10,191 bases of DNA from assembly GCA_041736305.1 (NCBI GenBank), contig JBGSTX010000038.1:1-10191 (forward strand), given 5' to 3'. A program made the translations under genes and the position numbers. How positions within the stretch are numbered: the first letter of the stretch is position 1; each line of letters opens with the position of its first letter. Of the stretch, positions 6,672-10,191 are shown piece after piece. The stretch comes from Oligoflexus sp. (GTDB lineage: Bacteria; Bdellovibrionota_B; Oligoflexia; Oligoflexales; Oligoflexaceae). Below the pieces are notes generated by a model. The model was not told the origin of the DNA. It was given only the letters and a program-made list of their open reading frames with translations, and ran no database searches.

Positions 6672-7622
6672 ATGCACAAGGAATTTATGAAAACGGCCCG
6701 CGCCTCACTCGCTAAAGACGATCCTTGGCTGCGTAGCTTTCGCCTAGCTGGGCATCAGTTCCCGGGAATCTGGTCCTCTATTTTCCCTCCTGAGCTGCAA
6801 AAACTCCGTTTCCCGCTCGAACGCCAGGCTAGTTGCCACCAGTGCCCCCAAATTTCTGCGGCTGGATACCGGCCCGATTACCGCTGCTGCACCTATCACC
6901 CCCGTATTCCAAACTTTTTGCTCGGGCTTGCGCTGGAAACAGAGCAAGGACCAGCTGCCTTCGACAAAATCCTCAACGGTGGGATGCTGCTTCCCGAGGG
7001 AATGCTGCCGTCGCCTCAGCAGTGGCTCGATTTCATGGATGATGAAGATCAGGATCTCTACGGTCGCAGCGAAAAAGTCCTTTGCCCCATGCTTGAACCT
7101 TCCTCTGGTCGCTGCCAGATTCACGCCTTCCGCAATGCCGTTTGCTCCACTTATTTTTGTTCTCACGAGCAAGGCGAGGCGGGAGAAGAATTTTGGGGGC
7201 AGCTGCAGACTCTCGGTAGTCAGGTTGAAATGATACTGGCGCAGTGGGCCCTTGAAGAGCTTGGTTTTGATCTCAAAGGCTATCTCCGAACTCTCGATAG
7301 GCTAGCTCCTGAGGTCCGTACGATTTCTGCCGACCTTGGTTGGTCCCAAGAAGTTCTTAAGGAACTCTGGGGCCCGTGGAAAGGGCGGGAAAAGGAGCTG
7401 TTCTCTGCGACAGCGGAGCAGCTCGCCAAGCACAGGTCAGAGCTCTGGGAGATAGCCAAGGGTCGAACGATTCAGGAAGCATTGCTTTTTGAAAGAGCGG
7501 TCGATGGATTGTTGGCTAGTGAAAATAATGAAGATCCCGACGAAAGCTATGAAATAGAAGCAGCCGAAATAAGCTGGAAACGATGTCTCGACGCCTATGA
7601 GAGGCTTTGGTCGGACTCGTGA
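6672..7622 (+). CDS. Cysteine-cluster protein, YkgJ/CxxCxxCC (zinc- or Fe-S-chelating)-like, function unknown
   Basis: 316 aa with motifs SCHQC...RCCTYHP...LCPML...RCQIHAFRNAVCSTYFC (8 clustered Cys), resembling the CxxC..CC / CxFL / CxIYxxRPxxC pattern. An alternative start, ATG 6687, has AAGGA just upstream. Confidence 0.65.
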   Translation: MHKEFMKTARASLAKDDPWLRSFRLAGHQFPGIWSSIFPPELQKLRFPLERQASCHQCPQISAAGYRPDYRCCTYHPRIPNFLLGLALETEQGPAAFDKILNGGMLLPEGMLPSPQQWLDFMDDEDQDLYGRSEKVLCPMLEPSSGRCQIHAFRNAVCSTYFCSHEQGEAGEEFWGQLQTLGSQVEMILAQWALEELGFDLKGYLRTLDRLAPEVRTISADLGWSQEVLKELWGPWKGREKELFSATAEQLAKHRSELWEIAKGRTIQEALLFERAVDGLLASENNEDPDESYEIEAAEISWKRCLDAYERLWSDS

Positions 7623-7640
7623 GAAGAACTGAGGAACATC

Positions 7641-8567
7641 ATGCCCCTTCGAGAAGTTTCTTATAGAGTCAAAGAGCAAGAAAGTGGCCGGGCTGATCTC
7701 TTGGTCGCACGACTGCTGAAGTTTTCAAGATCGCAAGTTCGGGCTCTCGCCGATGCAGGAGGTATTTATCTCAACGGTCAAGTCTGCCCAGATGCCTCCT
7801 TCAGCATTGGGGCCGATGATCACTTGATCTTAAAGTACGACCCACAGCGTCGCTATCGTGAGAAGTCTCAGCCTTGGGAAAAGCCCGTCCGTGGTTTCAA
7901 AGTCCTCTTTGAAGATGAGGATCTCATCGTCGTCGACAAGGAAGCAGGCCTTCTAACCGTTCCCACCGATAAGCGTGAGGAAACGACCCTGATCGATCGT
8001 TTATCCCGCTATGTGAACCCGAAAAATCCAGCCCGTGGAAAGGTCTCCGTTGTTCATCGTCTGGATCGCGATACTTCCGGTGTATTGGTCTTTGGCAAAT
8101 CGCCGGGCGTGGCAGCTGATCTCATTAAGCAATTTGCGGCTCGTAAACCTGAGCGCAACTATATAGCCATTGTCAGCGGCAATCTCGCTTCCGAACGCGG
8201 TGAATTTCGCAGCCATCTCTCGACGGATGAAGCGCTCAATCAGCGTTCAGGCACTGTGGGTCAGCTTGCGATCACGCATTTTCAGGTGGAAGCCCGACTC
8301 CAGAATGCGAGCTGGGTCAGTGTCCGACTCGAGACTGGCCGACGGAATCAGATTCGCGTTCACCTGGCTGAAGCGGGTCACCCTATTCTAGGCGACGTAC
8401 GCTATCGCTCCGAGGACGCCCGGCATGGAGCGTGGGCCTACCGGCGTTTAGCTCTCCATGCGCAAAGCTTGGGATTCATTCACCCCCGCAATGGTATAAG
8501 CTTGCGTTTTGAAGCCCCCATACCTGAAGAGTTTCTGAAGTTTCGGCGAAGTACGCGCTTGAACTGA
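7641..8567 (+). CDS. RluA/RluD family RNA pseudouridine synthase with N-terminal S4-like domain
   Basis: 308 aa, SD GAGGA at 7631-7635. S4-like RADLLVARLLKFSRSQVRAL..G.I.LNG; motif I VVDKEAGL; catalytic HRLDRDTSG; LETGRRNQIRVHL..GHPILGD..Y; LALHAQSLGFIHP. Confidence 0.95.
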   Translation: MPLREVSYRVKEQESGRADLLVARLLKFSRSQVRALADAGGIYLNGQVCPDASFSIGADDHLILKYDPQRRYREKSQPWEKPVRGFKVLFEDEDLIVVDKEAGLLTVPTDKREETTLIDRLSRYVNPKNPARGKVSVVHRLDRDTSGVLVFGKSPGVAADLIKQFAARKPERNYIAIVSGNLASERGEFRSHLSTDEALNQRSGTVGQLAITHFQVEARLQNASWVSVRLETGRRNQIRVHLAEAGHPILGDVRYRSEDARHGAWAYRRLALHAQSLGFIHPRNGISLRFEAPIPEEFLKFRRSTRLN

Positions 8568-8581
8568 GGGGAATTGGCATA

Positions 8582-8629
8582 TATTGCTTAAATCGAATTA
8601 AATAAAAGTATTTATCGATTTGTCCAATA
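8582..8629. promoter_or_regulatory. AT-rich imperfect palindrome upstream of terC, candidate transcription-factor operator (LysR-like)
   Basis: TATTG-ctt-AAATCGA-at-TAAATA-aaag-TATTTA-TCGATTT-gtc-CAATA, a set of nested inverted repeats in the 114-nt intergenic region. Confidence 0.45.
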
Positions 8630-8681
8630 AGTTGAATGTGCCGATACTCCGTTTGGTGGCTTTGCTAAGGAGACCTGAGCT

Positions 8682-9689
8682 ATGATTTTCTTCCCTTTCG
8701 CTGAGTATTGGTGGATTTACGTCTTATTTACTCTCTTTGTCCTCTTAATGTTAGCACTGGACCTAGGTGTCTTTCATAAGAAGGCTCACGAAGTTTCCTT
8801 CAGGGAAGCTTCTATCTGGACGGGAATCTGGATAAGTTTGGCTTTGATCTTCAACTTTGCTTTCTATCACTATGCCCTATGGCGCTTTTCGAGCGATCCC
8901 AAGTATCTATCGCTTCCTGATTTCGATCCAGCCTTACAGGCGAAGACGAGCGCCCTGGAATTCTTGACCGGATTTGTGGTTGAGAAGTCGCTGGCGATCG
9001 ACAATATCTTCGTTTTCGCTGTGGTTTTTGCCTACTTCGGGATACCGAAAATCTACCAGCATCGGGTCCTATTCTGGGGCATTCTCGGCGCTCTGGTATT
9101 CCGCGCAATATTCATTGCAATGGGCTCTGTCCTCATGCGTTATGAATGGGTTGTCATATTCTTCGGAGCCCTGCTGATCCTTACCGGTGTGAAGATGTTC
9201 TTCGCTGGAACCAAGCAGGCTGATCTCAACCAGAACCTTCTGGTGAGGGGCATGAAAAAAATATTTCCGGTCCACCCCGTGATTGAAGGCCCGCAGTTCT
9301 TTGTGGTCAAGAACGGTGTCCGTTACGTAACCCCATTGTTTTTAGCTCTGATCTTTCTTGAACTAAGCGACATCATCTTTGCTGTCGACTCCGTCCCAGC
9401 GATCTTTGCCTTGACCAAGGAGCCTCTAATCGTGTTCACCTCGAACATTTTTGCGATCCTAGGCCTACGCTCGATGTACTTTATGCTGGCAGGCGTCATG
9501 GACCGCTTTATGTTCATTAAGTACGGCTTAGCCGCCGTCTTGATCTTTGTAGGGAGCAAGATGGTTTATTTAAACGAGGCTTTTGGCGGAAAATTTCCGA
9601 TTGTTTGGTCCCTTCTCATCATCTCCGGACTGATAGGAGGCTCCATACTCGCTTCGCTCGTGATCAACTCACGTCGATCGAAGGCCTAG
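8682..9689 (+). CDS. terC: TerC/Alx family integral membrane metal-homeostasis protein
   Basis: 335 aa, SD AAGGAG upstream, multiple TM segments. TerC motifs: LALDLGVFH, FLTGFVVEKSLAIDNIFVF, QHRVLFWGILGALVFRAIFI, ELSDIIFAVDSVPAIFA, TSNIFAILGLRSMYF. Confidence 0.95.
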   Translation: MIFFPFAEYWWIYVLFTLFVLLMLALDLGVFHKKAHEVSFREASIWTGIWISLALIFNFAFYHYALWRFSSDPKYLSLPDFDPALQAKTSALEFLTGFVVEKSLAIDNIFVFAVVFAYFGIPKIYQHRVLFWGILGALVFRAIFIAMGSVLMRYEWVVIFFGALLILTGVKMFFAGTKQADLNQNLLVRGMKKIFPVHPVIEGPQFFVVKNGVRYVTPLFLALIFLELSDIIFAVDSVPAIFALTKEPLIVFTSNIFAILGLRSMYFMLAGVMDRFMFIKYGLAAVLIFVGSKMVYLNEAFGGKFPIVWSLLIISGLIGGSILASLVINSRRSKA

Positions 9690-9773
9690 GAGAGTGGGCC
9701 GAATGCTACTAGCAGGAAAAATTTCCTGAAGTAAGCTTTTCCAAGCGAAGACTGTCCTTGCAATAAGTTCTTA

Positions 9774-9804
9774 GGGGAGCTGATCAGGCGACTGTAAGCT
9801 CCCC
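9774..9804. repeat. Inverted repeat / hairpin in the terC-lipoprotein intergenic region
   Basis: GGGGAGCT (9774-9781) and AGCTCCCC (9797-9804) form a perfect 8-bp stem with a 15-nt loop. Confidence 0.6.
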
Positions 9805-9885
9805 AAACCGCGAACAAGAATTTCATGCTTACCCAAGAAAGTGTATCTATAAGAAGCTGTCATAATTGAGTTTATCCCGCCTTGT

Positions 9886-9913
9886 TCAAGATTTCCCTCA
9901 AAAACATCGATAA
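9886..9913 (+). promoter_or_regulatory. Putative sigma28 (FliA)-type promoter for the downstream lipoprotein gene
   Basis: TCAA-N16-ATCGATAA, 34 nt upstream of GTG 9948. Confidence 0.4.
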
Positions 9914-9947
9914 GAATTCATAGATATGATCGAGAGGGAGTTCATCA

Positions 9948-10191
9948 GTGAGAAAATTAGTATTCGGATCATCCCTAGTTCTATTACTGGCGGCCTGTGA
10001 CCAGCCCAAAGAGCCCTTAGCGCAAGTCCAGGTAGAAAATTCCCGAGGAGCCAATGAATCCAAGGCACCTCCCACTGTTTTACCATCGGTTTCTGCATCC
10101 GCTTCAGGAAAAGCGGAAGTTGATCTTTGCTACAAGTGCAATGACCCTTTCGATATGAATAAGTTGCCTTCTATTAAGCCATCTCTGAAAA
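9948..10191 (+). CDS. Putative lipoprotein, 5' part only (runs off the window end; not in the supplied ORF track)
   Basis: SD GGGAG at 9936-9940, GTG start, open to the end of the window: MRKLVFGSSLVLLLAA-C-DQPKEPLAQVQVENSRGANESKAPPTVLPSVSASASGKAEVDLCYKCNDPFDMNKLPSIKPSLK. It has a basic N-terminus, a hydrophobic core and a canonical LAAC lipobox. Confidence 0.85.
   Translation, partial: MRKLVFGSSLVLLLAACDQPKEPLAQVQVENSRGANESKAPPTVLPSVSASASGKAEVDLCYKCNDPFDMNKLPSIKPSLK

Noticed and set aside
8575-8588. TGGCAT-ATA-TTGCT as a sigma54 promoter
   Set aside because: Spacing is GG-N8-GC, and sigma54 requires N10. Kept only as part of a shared-motif finding.
9690-9947. Retron msr/msd, CRISPR array or tRNA in the last intergenic region
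   Set aside because: No reverse transcriptase or cas gene in the window, no regularly spaced direct repeats, and no cloverleaf or T-loop motif.
9872-10098. Minus-strand ORFs of 67 and 66 aa
   Set aside because: They overlap the plus-strand lipoprotein gene, which has an SD, a lipobox and an open frame to the window end.

Overview
Gene-dense bacterial chromosomal window of roughly 50% GC (by eye). The gene content suggests Bdellovibrionota/Oligoflexia or a related lineage, but that is inference. It holds 8 complete CDSs and one 3'-truncated lipoprotein gene that the ORF track misses. Left to right: a minus-strand two-gene operon for an ion-driven stator-like pair (a 575-aa MotB/ZorB-like protein with a ~350-residue proline-free coiled coil and a C-terminal OmpA-like domain, then a 337-aa MotA/ExbB/ZorA-like 3-TM protein); a divergent 189-aa coiled-coil hypothetical; a DUF885 metallopeptidase-like lipoprotein; a convergent DUF4097-like beta-repeat protein; an 8-Cys YkgJ/CxxCxxCC-like protein upstream of an RluA/RluD-family pseudouridine synthase; a TerC/Alx membrane protein; and the start of a lipoprotein. 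The most interesting element is the B-before-A Zorya/stator-like pair. It has a very long stalk, no flagellar, TonB or Zorya effector genes nearby in the window, and a sigma28 (FliA)-like promoter back-to-back with that of the 189-aa gene. FliA-like boxes recur in several intergenic regions. I saw no mobile element, CRISPR array, tRNA or rRNA.
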